From: Camelus ferus
Taxonomy: Eukaryota
Reading direction: 5' to 3'
Assembly: GCF_009834535.1 (NCBI RefSeq)
Contig: NC_045696.1
Location: 11,968,001 to 12,032,000, forward strand
Length of the DNA stretch: 64,000 bases
Shown here: one piece after another, positions 12,471-26,250 of the stretch
Position numbering within the stretch: the first letter of the stretch is position 1
Layout: every line of letters begins with the position of its first letter
Program-made: the position numbers and the translations under genes
The notes under the pieces: generated by a model
What the model was told of the DNA's origin: nothing
Databases searched by the model: none
The model's input: only the letters and a program-made list of their open reading frames with translations

Positions 12471-15400
12471 CTGGGGACCTTGATCTTTACATCCCATGGT
12501 ACTCCTATAATTGGGTTTTGGATTTTTTTTAAGGGGTAAAGATAATATAAATGATAATAATACAATTGTAGATCATAAAAATGATCAACCCCTTGTAGCG
12601 CAGTGCAAGGAGCCACGTTACCTTTCATGCACATAAGCCTCGCCCACCTGCTTTCCCCCGATGCAGCCAGCACCGCCTTCCCTTTGTTGGAAAGCTGGCT
12701 TCAGGAGTTGATCCCTCTTGGACTGAGGAATCCTTGCACCCCCAGAGCCGTCTTTAGCCAAGGCTAACCATCAAGAGGGCACAGGTATTTCAGGACAACT
12801 CTGAGGTGTCCCCCGTCCCGTCTCCAGAGAGCCCTTGTGGCTTCGTTCCCCACCCCACAACTGGTTTTCTCTGGAAGTGCATCCTAGTAAGTCACTTAAA
12901 CGCCAGTTCTTGTCTCTGACTTAAGTAACTTGTTCCAAGCTGCAGAGTTAGAAAGTGGGGGAGCCAGGATGATCTGAACCCCCCTCACCTGACCTGCTGT
13001 GCTCTTAACCGGAATGCTCCCACGTGTTTCTCCAAGGCAGTGCTGCGTGTCCTTTTCTGTATATGTGCCTCATTGTGGATTACAGTGACTGCCACGGGGT
13101 GTTCTGTAAATGCTTGCTTAAAGTGGCTGAACCGCCCGGCTGACCTTTGCACTATCCCCAAACAGCCGCACTGAGTCCTGTCTCTGGGCAGGTGTCCACT
13201 CGGTTTCCTGCTGGATTGACCATCCCCCAGCTCTTTCAGAGTCGGCGCAAGCTCACCTCCCCCTCGCTGCCTTTCCAATCTGTTCCAGCCCAGAGTCATT
13301 TTTCCCCCTCAGAACCAATATTATTTGTCAAATGTTGCCTTTTATATCTTCTCTCCTCCCAGCTCGATGGTAAATCCTTGAGCACCGTGCTGGTGCCCAG
13401 AACCACATTGTAAGTGTTGGGTGATTTGATTCTTTAGGGATTCACCAAAACCTGGGCCGAGCTGTCCAAAGAAATGCCATGGTAGTTTCTGGGTTCTGTG
13501 AATGAATGGAAATAATGAGGTCTGGGAATAAAAGTGAAGAAATAAAAATAAAGTAAGTGAGGGGGCAAATCTTGAAATCGTTCTCCCATTTTTGGGTGAG
13601 CCCGTGTGTGTGCTTTCACGCTGCAGCTGTTCAAGTTGAATCACAGGGTGGATGTATCATCTCTTGGCTTCAAGCACAGTGGCTAACTGTCTCCTCCTCC
13701 GGGGGAATTTAAGCAGATTTATGTGATGAATAATGTGAATTCACTTCCAATGCTTGGGATGTGGTTTGACAAACTTCATGTAAATGGTAGTTGAATCATG
13801 TTGCGTCCCCCCCTCCCCCCCTAATTGGAAAGATAACAATGATGTCCCCCAGCAGAGTCTGTGTGTTGAGTTTTAGCCGATGGGCAGCCTCACCGTCCAC
13901 AGTGACCTCTCCTTTTTGGCTGGCTCAGACGTGCTTTACCTCCTGCGTGTGAGTCCACCGTAGGGTCTTGGGCTGGAACTGAAGATGCTGAGGAACAGAG
14001 ACCACATACATTGAGCACCTCCTGTGCGCCTGGCATTCTGCATGGTGTTCTCCAACAGAGTACGTGACTGAACCTCACACCCACCCAGGGACACATGCTG
14101 TCCTCTCCAAGTCCAGCTGATGAACCCACGTGACTTTACCAAAATCCTGCCACTGCGGTGACCCTGGACTTGAACTGTGCTTTATCTGGCTTGTAATCTC
14201 AGGACCAGTCTCAGGACCTTCCATTCCAGGTATAAACAGAGGTGTTGAGATGAGGATTCTAGAATTCTGAGACTCCTGGTTTGTTTCTCATCTCTACCTT
14301 TTCTACCTTGGCCAGTTCCCCTTGGTGTTTCACTGCTCATGAAGTTATCCAAGTCAGGATTGCCCGGCGTACCATGTTTAGTTTTGAGGGTGGGTGTGTA
14401 ATATTTGAAAATTATTACAAAATTAGGGGTCTGACTTTATTTTTAGATGCCCACCTGCAGCTGAAACATATCAAGCCCGTTCTTTGCATACCCTCAGGAA
14501 AGTTAAATAATTTCATCCTCCTTTTTAAGAAGAAGGAGCCTGTCCGGGCACACTAAGGGCTTTCTTGTCCCTGTCTTGCTCTGCAGCACATGTAACCTGG
14601 GGTGTCGTTGCCTTGGGGTATAATGCAGCAGGACTCCCTGGAGTCTTCGGTTGTCCTGTTCCTCTCCTGCCCACATTGCATAAACATTGGCATGGCAGGG
14701 ACAGATGGCCACTCCGGGGGCTCCTTTGATGTCACATTTGGTTGCCTGGGTGGGGGTTGGGGTGGTTGCTACCAGCCTCCATGGGAGGAGAGGCTGACTG
14801 GGAAATACCCACTTGACAGCAGGTAAACAAAAGCTTAACTCCGGGAAAGCTGGGTGCCCTGATACGTGTGCGGGCTGGGCGGTAATGGAGTCAGGTTTAC
14901 ATAAGTGTGTTTAGCTTGGGAAGAAGCCAGTCGGCCCTGAGCGTGGGCTTCGTTCTCTGCTCCTAACTGATGCTCCCTGGAGTCCGGTTTTATTATGAGA
15001 AAGTGAATGGACTGAGGTGGGGGTGGGACTGGTGACAAGAGAGATGGGATTGCAGATAATTACTTTCAGAGCTAGAGAAAGGTTCGTTCCAGAGGCCTGG
15101 GTTCTCTTTGCTGGAGGTGCAGGTGAAGCATCTGAAATCCCAGGAGAGTCAAGATGAGGTGGCGGGGGGCCCTGATCAGTGGGACTCCTTGCTGGTCAGA
15201 CAGCATCAATCTGTGTAATGAGAACCAAAGGCTGTGATGGAGATGGGAAGTCTGGTAATGACTATCACCCAGACAGGAGGTCGTGAGGCAGCAGTATCCC
15301 ATCTGGAAGAAAAATCAAGGGTTGACAGTCTGCGACAGTCCAATAGTTCTTTGTGGGTTTAGCTTTGGAAGGAATATGGGAGGTAATTGCAGTTGGCTGC

Positions 15401-15859
15401 ATGCAAACCAAGCATGGAGTTCAATCCAAGTGGAAAAAGCAAAAGCCACAAGGGTTGATTGAAAGCTTTTCCTGGTCTAGCCTCTGGGTAATAACTGTTG
15501 ATATATTTTTTTTCCCCTCCTAATGCATTTACAGAAGTCCCAACAAACCACATTGAGATAATGTATTCAAGTTAACAGAGTGACATCTAGTTACTAGACT
15601 TCGTATTGATTGGGATGTGGGGAAGGGAGTTCGTTTATTTACTCATTTTTCCCCAAAGTCACTCATTGGGTGGCTCTGGGTCTCCTCTTCAGAGGTGTCC
15701 TGGGGGATTCATTGAGGTGTGAGCACAGCTCTCATGCCCTCAAGGAGCTTACCGTGTAGAAGGGAAGATATTGTCTAGAAGCTTGGTACATTCGAAGGGA
15801 TCAGGACATTTTGCTGTTCAATGGTGACATGATTGGGAAAATCATTAATGATAATATTA

Positions 15860-16050
15860 TTATTGATTCCTATTGCTTATGAAGAGCTTGCTCTCTGCCT
15901 GGCACAGGTTTAAACGCTTAACATGCAGTAAAACCTCTAATCTTCCCAATGGCCCAAGGAACTACTATCATCCTGGCTTTACAACTGAGGAAACTGAGGC
16001 AGGGAGATGTAAGGGGACACAGCCAGTGCACAGCAAGTTCAGGCCGACAC
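15860..16050 (-). mobile_element. MIR SINE
   Basis: 'tgcctggcacaggtttaaacgctt…ttacaactgaggaaactgaggcagggagatgtaag' is the MIR core in reverse. Confidence 0.7.
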
Positions 16051-16496
16051 ACGGGCAGCCGGCACTCCCACGCCCCCCACGCCTCTGTGCCTCTTCCCGA
16101 TTCTGATTCTCCTGTGAGGCTGGAACAGTCAGTGCATCTTCAGTGTTTATTTCTAAGAGTCAGGGGCAAACAGACAAAGTGGGCACTTAGTTTCTGCTCT
16201 ACTCTTTCAATAGTTAGAGGAATCTAGCTTGTGCAGATGCCTGATGGACCATTTAGCCTTGAAAAGATCTAACCAACTGACCTTTTACGTCCTTGGAGGG
16301 TGATTTTTAATTATCATATGAATAGCGTGAATATGAGCGTGAAGAGTTTCCTTACTCAGTTCCTTCATGGTGGGTTCAAAGGTTTTCTTTAGGTGGTTCC
16401 AGTGTCAGTGTTGATACTGGTAGAAATTGTTTCCATCTAGAGCACAGTGATTTTTCTCTTTTAGTGAATGTTCTTCTTCTTTTTCTTTTTAATTAG

Positions 16497-16505
16497 ATGA
16501 GGGAG
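16497..16505 (+). other. Candidate 9-nt microexon ATGAGGGAG
   Basis: 20-nt pure pyrimidine tract + aattag| ATGAGGGAG |gtaagt (consensus donor GAG|GTAAGT); length is a multiple of 3. Confidence 0.5.
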
Positions 16506-16627
16506 GTAAGTAAACTTAGCTATTTGTGTTTAAACAAAATGATTCTCGTTATTTGCCACTTAGTGTTTATTCCATAAAATAAAAGAGAAGAGCGTGGGGT
16601 TAGAAGTCAAGAGACCCAAGTTTTCTT

Positions 16628-16827
16628 TTCCTTTTTTTTTTAATTTAATTGAGGTATAGTCAGTTTACAATGTGTCAGTTTCTGGTGTATAGCATAATGT
16701 TTCAGTCATCCATATACATACATATATTCATTTTCATATTCTTTTTCATTATAGGTCATTACAAGGTATTGAATATAGTTCCCTGCGTTGTACAGAAGAA
16801 AACTTGTTGTTTATGTGTATTATAGAT
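16628..16827 (-). mobile_element. 5'-truncated young L1 3' end with TSD
   Basis: Shared L1 terminus; TSD aagttttctt at 16618-16627 and 16828-16837. Confidence 0.88.
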
Positions 16828-18589
16828 AAGTTTTCTTGACTTGAGTCCTTCCTAACTCTGGGACGTTAGGTGAGCCTGTTGCCTGGGACAGCAAATTATG
16901 TCCTTGGGGTCCTTGCGATGTACTGAAGTTTCTCTCCATATGGTAGAGCCTGTAATAGGGATGTTATGCATCAAGACTCCACTGCATTATTTATTTAAAC
17001 GTGTTATTTTAGACCCAGATGCCACAGCTAAATTTTATGTTTTTGGTGTTATATTTTAAAATATTGGGTTATCATCTGGTTGTGTTTTCTTTTCTACTCC
17101 AGGAGTAGGGGATTTCATATAGGAAGCAAATGGAAACTAAAGAAGAGATAGGATCTGGAAGTAATTTTCAGCAGTAGAGAAATTAACCAAAATGTGAAAA
17201 CACACCATTTTGTTGCTAGCCGGACAGACGGAACACAGGAGGACACACTTGCTTTTTCTCAGTATTGGATACATTATATGCATGGATTACTTCTTCATGG
17301 GGACTTTATGGTTAAAAGAAAGCAAAAAGCAGACCTGAATGTTAAATATTCCCCTCTTTTCAAGAGCACTTCAAGTTGGCATTTAAACTCTGCCTGCCTG
17401 TTATTTCTATGATTTGAGATCAGATTGAAATCCTGCAAGTGGGAACCATGGCTCAGGTGACCCCTGTCTGTTCACCCACCTGGCCTCCTCTCGGGGCCTC
17501 TTTTTAGCTCACCGACGGGAGTGGGTGTGAAGGCCCAGGAATACTCTGAATGTAATAAATCCAGGATGTGGGAAATTCGCCTGCGAAATGTCAGCCTTGA
17601 GTGGCCCTGTTGTAAATGGCTGCATGTACGAATGTAAAGTGGAAGAAGGCCTTCTGAAGTGCCTTGGGATTTGACTGGAGCTTTTCAAGCCCGTTTGGTG
17701 TGGTGGAGGATTTCGGCTCTGAGTGGTATGCTCATGTGGGCTCTCCCATAGGGGGAATACATTTTGCTTCTAGAAATTGTTGAGAATGAACTTGGATTTT
17801 AGAGATCTTTGAGAAATGGTATCTTCTGGTGTCTCGTGTCTTGACACACGTGGATGCTTGGACATCATCTTGCCTCCCCTTTTCCCGGGGAGGCGTGCTG
17901 GCTGGTGATCCTGAGGGCCTGTTGTCTGTATTTGGAGGTGGTGGGCTCCCCTCTTCTAAAGAGACAGGTCTCTCTGACTTGAGATGCCCACCTTTCCCTG
18001 GGGATCGTTTAATAGTTAGTATGTGGATTTTGACACAACTGGTTGATGCATGCTTACTTTTCTAACTCATTTCTATACCTGTGTCCAGGAACTGTTATGA
18101 CTCTTCGTTTTGAAATTTGTCATAATCTTGGTTGAACACTTGGTTGAATGTTCAAAATGCATTGAGCAATCAGTGATTTTTTTTTTAGCACCTGCTCTGT
18201 GCCTTACTCAGTGAGAGGCTCGTGGAATTCAGGTGTGGATTTGGCAGGTCTGGTAGGTCTCTTGAGTTAGTGGTACCCACTTGGGGAAAGGAGCTAAGTG
18301 AACTGATAACAAAGTTCTGCAGAGAGGTTTTATTAATAGGGCCAAAATAAAATATTCAAAACATATATTACATTTCAGAGTTTATAAATTCATTTGAAGT
18401 GCTTAGAGGAAAAAAAAACATTGTGTTGGAAATGGTTTCATGTGTGTGTAAAACTAAAAGCAGACTTCTCTGACAAATATAACTTCTCAAAAATATTCTT
18501 AGAAGGAGGGACTTTCTTCGAGAGTGTGAAGCCTATTTTGTCTTCAGCTCACTAAGGTTGCATTTCTTTCTCTTCCCCTAAGATGCTGT

Positions 18590-19268
18590 TAAAAACATAC
18601 AAGCATCCACGCAGAAACCCTGCCCATGGATGTCTGTAGCAGCTTTATTCATAACTGCCCAAACTTGGAGGCAACCAAGATGTCCTTCAATAGGTGAATG
18701 GATAAATGAACTGTGGAAAATCCAGAAAATGGAATCATATTCAGTGCTAAAACCTATTGTTCAAGCCATGAGAGACATGGAGGAAACTTAAATGCATGTT
18801 ACTAAGTGAAAAAAGCTAATCTAAGAAGTTGTATACTGTGTGATTCCAACTATATGACATGCTGGAAAAGGCAAAACTATGCAGACAGTAAAAGGACTGC
18901 TGGTTGCCAGAAGCTTGGGGGAGGGAGGCAGGGATGAAGAGGCAGAGCACAGGATTTTAAGGGCAGTGAAACTATTCTGTGTGATCATTATCATGGTAAT
19001 TACATGTCATTAGACATTTGTTAAAACATACAGAATGTACACCACCAAGTGAGCCCCCTCATGTAAACTATGGATTTTGAGTGGTAATGTGTCAGTGTAG
19101 GTTAAGCAACTGTAACAAGTGTATCACTGTATGGGGGGTGTTGACAATGGAGGAAGCTATGTGTGTGTTTGGGGGGCTGCAGGAGACATGAGAACTCTGC
19201 GCTTTCTGCTCAATTTTGCTGTGATCCTTCAACTACTCTATATAATAAAATCTGTTAAAAAAAAAAAA
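18590..19268 (+). mobile_element. L1MC-like 3' end with poly-A
   Basis: 'gcagctttattcataactgcccaaacttggaggcaaccaagatgtccttcaataggtgaatggataaa…gtaaactatggattttg…ctcaattttgctgtga…aataaaatctgtt' followed by an A tail. Confidence 0.85.
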
Positions 19269-19849
19269 GCAGCAGTGTATAAGCCTAAATTGACGGAAGA
19301 GCTGTGAATACTCTTCATGGTATCCAGTAAAATGTCTCTTGACCTACATAACTTCCCAGAGTCCTTTACTGCCCTTCCGCTTGGGCAGCGGTTGGCAGTC
19401 AGCATGGAGAACCCCTCATCAACCACGAGGCTCTGATATTCAGAGAACTGGGCTGTGATGACAATGGGGATTTCCCCTGGTGGCTTCCAGGTTAAGAAAG
19501 CATTGATTTCAAGTTCCTGTTCTCTTCCTTCTGATCACGTATCGTGCTGCTGTTGTTGGTCCTTAGGATGGAGTTTTTGATGCACTGATTCCTTTGGTGG
19601 ATCCCACGTGAGCTAGCCTTGCCTGCGTGGGGCGGGGTTAGGGAGGAGGTGGGCTTTGATAGTATCTGAAAGTTCTGTGTCCTGGGGACCAGAAATAGCC
19701 AGATTCCACCGTGATGCTATTACCTTTCCCGTGGGGAGCTGCCGGGGGGGTTATGTGCACAGGGCACATACACAGAACTGAGCGAGTACAAAGACTTTTC
19801 TGGAAGTTTTCATCAGTATTTCCTTGCAGGTTGCCTTTGACTTTTTCGA

Positions 19850-20410
19850 AGTCATCATTCACGTCTTCAACACTCATTTACTGAGCACCTCACTTTGGGC
19901 CCCACCCACTCGCAGGTACCAAGGGCACAGAGGTGAGCAAGACCCAGAAGAACCTCTGCACGCGTGTGTGGACATTCTGGTGGCGAAAGATAGATGGTGA
20001 TCAAGTAGTTAAAATGTGGAGCATGTTGGCAGGTGCTCATTGCCATGGAGACCCAGGAAGTGCTGGGGATTTGAACTTTTAAATAGAGGGGTTAGGAAGG
20101 CCCCACTGCCTGGATGACTTTGTAGCAAAGATGGCGAGAGGTCGATGGAGTGAGAGCTTTTGCTGGCAAGTGGGGGGTGATCAAGGTAGAGAGCAGAAGG
20201 CTGGGCCTGATGAATGGAGAAGCAGCATGGAGGCCACTGGGGCTTGGCTGGGGGGAGCAAGAGGGGAGACTCAAGGAGGTGAGGTCAAGAGGAGTGTGGT
20301 CAGGGGAGGAGCCAGTAAGGGCTTGGTGAGATGCGAGGCCTTTGGAGGGTTGTGGGTGGGAGACATAATGTGACTTAGGTTTTAATAGGCTCCTTCTGCC
20401 TGCAGTGTTG
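19850..20410 (-). mobile_element. L2 LINE fragment
   Basis: 'cattcacgtcttcaacactcatttactgagcacct…' followed by typical L2 3' region purine-rich sequence. Confidence 0.65.
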
Positions 20411-23400
20411 AGAGTAAGCTAGGCAGCCTTCTCGTTCTGACCCTGCGGCCAGGAATGCTTCTGTCTGAGCAGTAATTAGACTTTATGGCTCACACAGCTG
20501 GTGCTGTTGGGTCTTTATTAAAACGTTTCCCTCCGTGACTTCTGTAGGCTCAGATCTCTTTCTTTATAGTTGCTGAGTAGAGGACTTTTATCAGGCCCGG
20601 GTGGTTAACTGGTGAGTTCTGTGAGTTCAAGATGCCCGAGAAATGTGGGAAGACAATTTAGGGTTCTCTGCGGTTGGTGTTTCATCCACCTCCAAACCAG
20701 AACACTTCTCCTCCTACAGTGAGCTCTGTTTTGCTGCGAGAGCCCCTTTCTCACCTGAAATCGGGTTCGACTCTCCTTTCCGCTTCACACGCCCCTTGGG
20801 GGTTCAGCCTGCTCATCGTTGTGGTTCTAACAGAAGTGAACCATTGGTCGTGTGTGTTCACTTCTCCTCGGAGCCGCCTACATAATGGCCTGAACACAGC
20901 TGGCGGGTTCTCTGAGCCTTTCAAAAATCCCAGTCTGAATTCTTTGATATTTGACCCTTGTTAGCCCATTTTAAGTGGCACGTGGTAAACCTGCCCACAG
21001 ATGTCCGTTTACTGGTGTACTTTGAGTGGAATAATAATGACTTTCACATCTGGTCCTCTTTTCATCTAGGGGATCTTAAAACCCCAAGTGTGCATGAATT
21101 AAACCTCATGTCACTTGAAGGTAGGGAACGGACGGAGGGGGACGGCTTTAATCACCACTGCAAAGAAGTTGGAGGGACAGCCTCTGGGCCCACGACGATA
21201 ACAGGCATTTTGCCTTCTGCGAGTGCCTTTCATCTAGCGTCTTACATCGTGGGCAAGTATTACGTGGTGGGAAGTGTGTTACCGTGCACATCTACAGGCA
21301 GAGGGGTGTATCCTGGGCCATAGGGACTTGCCCTAGCTTTTCAGTGTTATCCTTTCAGAGGACTTCTTTCCTGAGTTCTTACGGCTTATTAAGGATTGTC
21401 TGGAGTCTCCTAGTGTGGACAGAATCATGCTATAGTTGGCTGATAAGGATGTTTGACTTTCTCTTCATCTTTCTGGTTTGGCGTTCCGATGGATAGGGAG
21501 GTCTTTTTTCCATTTCAGCTGCCTTCCAAGGCAGGTTGGTACAGGGTGGTTCTCATTAGGGGCTCCTTCACCTTAACCCTGTTCTTCCGCAAAGTTTCCC
21601 AAGTGAGTTGGGTCAACAGAAAGACAGGAGAGAGCCATGTCTTTCTCCAGAAGAAACTGCTTGAGTTCATTCCTGATAAATGAGGGCATTGATTTAAAAA
21701 AAATAGAACAGAATTAAAAAAAAAAACACACGGGAAAATGTTACGGTCATGCCATTGATAGGTGGAGAATTCAACTGCCAACCTGTGGGAGGGGAGTTAG
21801 GGATCTGGCTCTTGCCAAGATCAGAGTGTTTACGTTCACAGCCACAGTCCTTCTGCGGCTACAGCCAGGGGTCGTTTCTCAAGGAGATGCTGCATGGCTG
21901 TTGGGAAGGGCGAGCCTTGGCAGCTCAGGAGAAGGATGCAATGTGCACTGTCGGTTTGCAGAGAGATGAGCTTCTTTATTTTAAATAGAGTCTTCAGCTC
22001 TATTTTTTAAAATTCCCAAATGCCAGTGCAAAATATTTTACTGATTTTTATAATGTAATATTGCATATTTAAAGTTGCATGTGGAAATAAAACAAAATAA
22101 TGGAAAAATGTTAAGAATATGGGTTCTTTGCATATATGGGAGCAGAGCACTTCTTTGACAAGCACACTCTGGGAAACAGTGGTAACCAGAGCTGGCTTCC
22201 TGTAGCCACAGGGCTGACTTCTCTGGTCACCAGGGCAGGGCATGCATGTTTGGGTTATCTTTACCTTTTCTATAAGTTGTACCAAACCATCTAATTATAT
22301 TCTTTCCTTAGTACCATTCGTTTAAATAAAGTAATTTGGTACCCCCTCCATGCTGCCCCAAAATGCCCCTCTATGCAGCACCTCCAACTCACTGATTTTC
22401 CCAGTTTTGTTCCATCTTCCTGACTTAAAAGGTAGAAAGATAGCCATATTTCCACAGATAAAGGATCAATGTTTGTGTCATTTTAGACAAAGCCCCTTGT
22501 GAGTAAATTGCAAAAGCACACCCTGTGAGGATGTATGCCCCCATGATTGTGATCTAATACCATTGAGCTATCAAAAATACATGTGTTCTTTCATTTAATT
22601 GTGATCGTATTGGTGTGTTCTTCGTTTACTTTGGTGGAAGTGTAATGGAGGGATCATCTGTTCTTAATACGCGGTTGTGGGATTTCCTTGTGCTGTGGGA
22701 GCCCTAGTTGGCGAGGACATTCCTGAAACATTCCTTAAATACATAAATAACTGCAGCAGAGAAATGGCATAGAAATCCACTCGGTGTCTGGAAGCCAAAA
22801 CAAGCAAAAAGTCTTTGCCTTCAGCAGGGACGTCACACTTTCAAGTTGGATCATTAATCCCTTGGCTTGTGGCAATGTCAGAGGCTCCACAGATGGACTC
22901 CTGGAATTCTGAGGTAGCTCTCTGAAAGGTAGAGACAGGGAAGGAGTCCAAGGGCAGCACACTGAGAATAAAACTCATAGTTCTACCATTTACTAGCTCT
23001 GTGTCCTTGGGATGCCACTTAAACTCTGTGTGCTTTGCATTCCTCCATTTATAAACTGGGGATAAGTGCATTCCTTCCAGAACTCTTAAGAAGATTAATA
23101 TATTTCTCCAGTATCTAGAGTCATGGTCAGTCCCCCCAAATTGTCAACTTTATTGTCATTGTCATCATTTCTCTGCTCTTAGGCAGGAGTCAAATGAGTA
23201 ATGTTGGAAGTTTGAAAAGATGTCTGTTTTTTTCTCCTACTAAACCTTTGTTGGCTTTAACCCTTTCTAAAGCCAGCTCACTCCATTTCCTGCCTGGGGA
23301 GCCCCACTGACTGCAGTAGACAGACATCATGAGATTTGCAATGATGACTGGGCCTCTGTTTTCTGTCTCCTTTCCTGGTATGTCTAGAGCACTACTTTTT

Positions 23401-26155
23401 CATGGCTTCTCTATGACTGTTCTCGTGTTTCGTAACTTTAGCAGTGAAGGTCAGAAGTGCACCTGGTACCCTCACATGAACTTTACCGGCAAACCTAAAC
23501 TTTCTTGAAGATAAATTTGGCCAGCTGCTTCAAGGCTGAGGAGTTCATGCCTGGGCTGTGTGGGAGGACCAGTGAGCCATGCTTTGCTCTAATTATCAGG
23601 GATGGCTTACCACCCTTATGGAAATAGAAATAGAGGCGGACGTGTGAGACGCAAGTAATTTACCAAAGTCATTTGGTTTGGGACAGAGCATCGGCCAGTC
23701 ACTGGTTCAGTCGAGTACAGGACAGCACTGAAAGTGGAGATTCATCTCACAGTGCAGTAGAGGTAATGGGAAAGTCACTGCATAGTGACAAAGAGCAAGG
23801 CAGCGACAGCAGTAGGAGGACATCTGGGAGAGGGCACGGTGTTGAGGCCAGGCAGGAGGGTCCAGGGGCCATATTGCCTGGATGTGCAACCAGCTCCATC
23901 ACAGATGACTGGAGTGGCTGTGGGCAAATGACTGTCATTCTTGGGGTTTTAGTTCCTTCTTCTGTGAGATGGAGGATGGTGGTACCCACATCAGAATGCT
24001 ATTGTGAGTTGTAAATGGATTCAAATGGGTCAGGACTTAGAGATGCGCCCCCCCCCCCCAATGGCACACCTGCAATAAATGTGAGCTAAAACCATCCTCT
24101 TCCTCATGACACATGGAGCCTGAGTGATGGGCTCTGGTAGGGGAGGGGAGAAGGAGCAAGGAAGACTTGAGGGAAGTTGAGCTCCGAGCTGGCTTTTTCT
24201 TTCTCTTTTGTATGTAATATCTTAAAATGATCATGCACATTCATTATAGAAAAATCAGGACTTAGAGACAAACAAAAAGAGGACAATCTTGGCCTGCTTC
24301 CAGAGTTCCCAGCTCTTAACATCTAGTGCATTTCCTTCTCGACTTCTTTTTTCCTCCTCTGCTGAGTTGGTTTATGAAGGATGTCAGGGAGGGTTAATGT
24401 TTTCCTATGCTTAATTCCATCCTTTTGGTTACATCAGTGTGTTATGTAAGGAGCAATTTTTACTTGTTTTTAAAATTCTGTCATGAAATATTTAAAAAAC
24501 ACAGAAGAGCGTGGAGAATAACACACTCTAAGAGGGAAATGTCTAGACTGGGCTCAGATCGTGTGGAGAAGCCATCTTGTGATGTCAAGACACAGAAGAA
24601 ATGTTCTGAACGGGAATCTAGGCTGAATCAGATTTTTTTCTGTCTAATAACATTGTCAAGATAATGATAAAATACTGTCAAAGAGATTTAGCTGCAGAAC
24701 TTTTTTCTCCCAGTCTCAGAGCACGAAAGATTCATTTCCCAAGTATTAAATTTTCTTGGATGTAGCATGATGAAATTGGCAGGTTTTGCTGATCAGAGTT
24801 GGGAATAGAAAGTCTGCTTAGAACACTTGTTTTGGGTTCTTGGGTAGTTATTCTATGTCTGCAGAGTAGAGTCTCTCGACTGCCTGTTAACCGTTGATAA
24901 TTCACTCTGACCTTAGAGCCTTAGGGGGTATGTCAAACGACTCACACTTCAATATCTGTTATTCTGAAAATCCCGTTTGAACTGTAGAATGAAATGCTCT
25001 CTCTGCAGAGACCTGGGAGCTGCCACTGCTCAAATTCTCGTTTAACTACAGCCCTGCCATTAGTTCTGTGACTGGGCATTAACCTAAAGAAAAATACCTT
25101 ATTTCTGAAATCCTCTCTTGAGCTGGGTCAGTGGTTACGTGTTTTGGTTTCTCTGTGGGGTGGGAGCTGCTTAAGAAGGGGGATATGCCATCTAGTTGTC
25201 TGGTCAAGTTGGCACATGTAATCTGTCCTAAAATTGCAAAGTACCAGCTGAGTCAAACACAGTCTTTAAAGTGCTGTCAACCCACTTGAAATCCAGGACG
25301 TGGAGAGGACTGAGCCAGTGGGGATTTGAGAAGCTCTTCTCCCTGCCCAAGTTCTGAACCCACTGGAAGAGACAGACGAGTCAGCAGGTGGAGACCAAAA
25401 GCTCAGCTTCATTACTGAGAGCTGTGACATTGGAGGTCTTGGCTTAGAAGTAAGGCAGCTGCAAGATTCTTGGAATCCTTGATGGGAAGTGTTAGACGGA
25501 CTTGCCCACCTATGCAGACATAGCACCAGACAACTGTAGGCATGCCTCCTACTGAAATTGTCTTCTAAAATTACCTACCACGTGATCCAGAGTGGATCAG
25601 ACCTTGAATTTTATGTGGGCCTGGAAGATCTCAAACAGAAGGGCAGTGAGGGGCTTGAGCTGGGCATGCGTGGGTCACTACCTCGGAACAGCCGGGTGAC
25701 TCTGTCTCCCTGGAGCAGTCAGTGAGAGCAGGGGGCTTTCTGTGATTCACGGTACCAGCTCTTCCCCTGGAAGGAAACCTCAGGCCCGGAACATGGCACG
25801 CGTGGTCCGTCAAGCTGTCATCGTTCCAGAACACAATTATTTGGTCACCTTTGATTTGATAAAAGTGAACCACTCAGAATCTTGGTTAGTTTTCAGTGGG
25901 AGGGCTGACTGTGCCCCAACCATAGGGTGAGGAGAAGGCCATCTTTGTGTTTTAATAGACACTCAGGTGTTTGCTCCACTTTGTGAAATGTGGACACCCC
26001 TTTTCATGCGAAAGTGGCTACACTTCACGATTGTCTATAAATCAGTGCAAACCTTGTCTTGAAGTGTTTTGGATGTTTAATTAGGAGCAAGCAATGATGA
26101 AGCAATGATTTTAAAAGTAACTATCTTAACTATTCTGTCCTTCTCTGTTGGACAG

Positions 26156-26164
26156 GAAGTATAG
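26156..26164 (+). other. Candidate 9-nt microexon GAAGTATAG
   Basis: Branch-like cttaac (26125-26130), pyrimidine tract, gacag| GAAGTATAG |gtaggt. Confidence 0.4.
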
Positions 26165-26250
26165 GTAGGTGACAATCTCCAGATATGCAGATTTTGGAAT
26201 CCTAGTGTCGTAGCCCTGAGAATCCACAAAGGACAGTGGGGACCCTCTAG

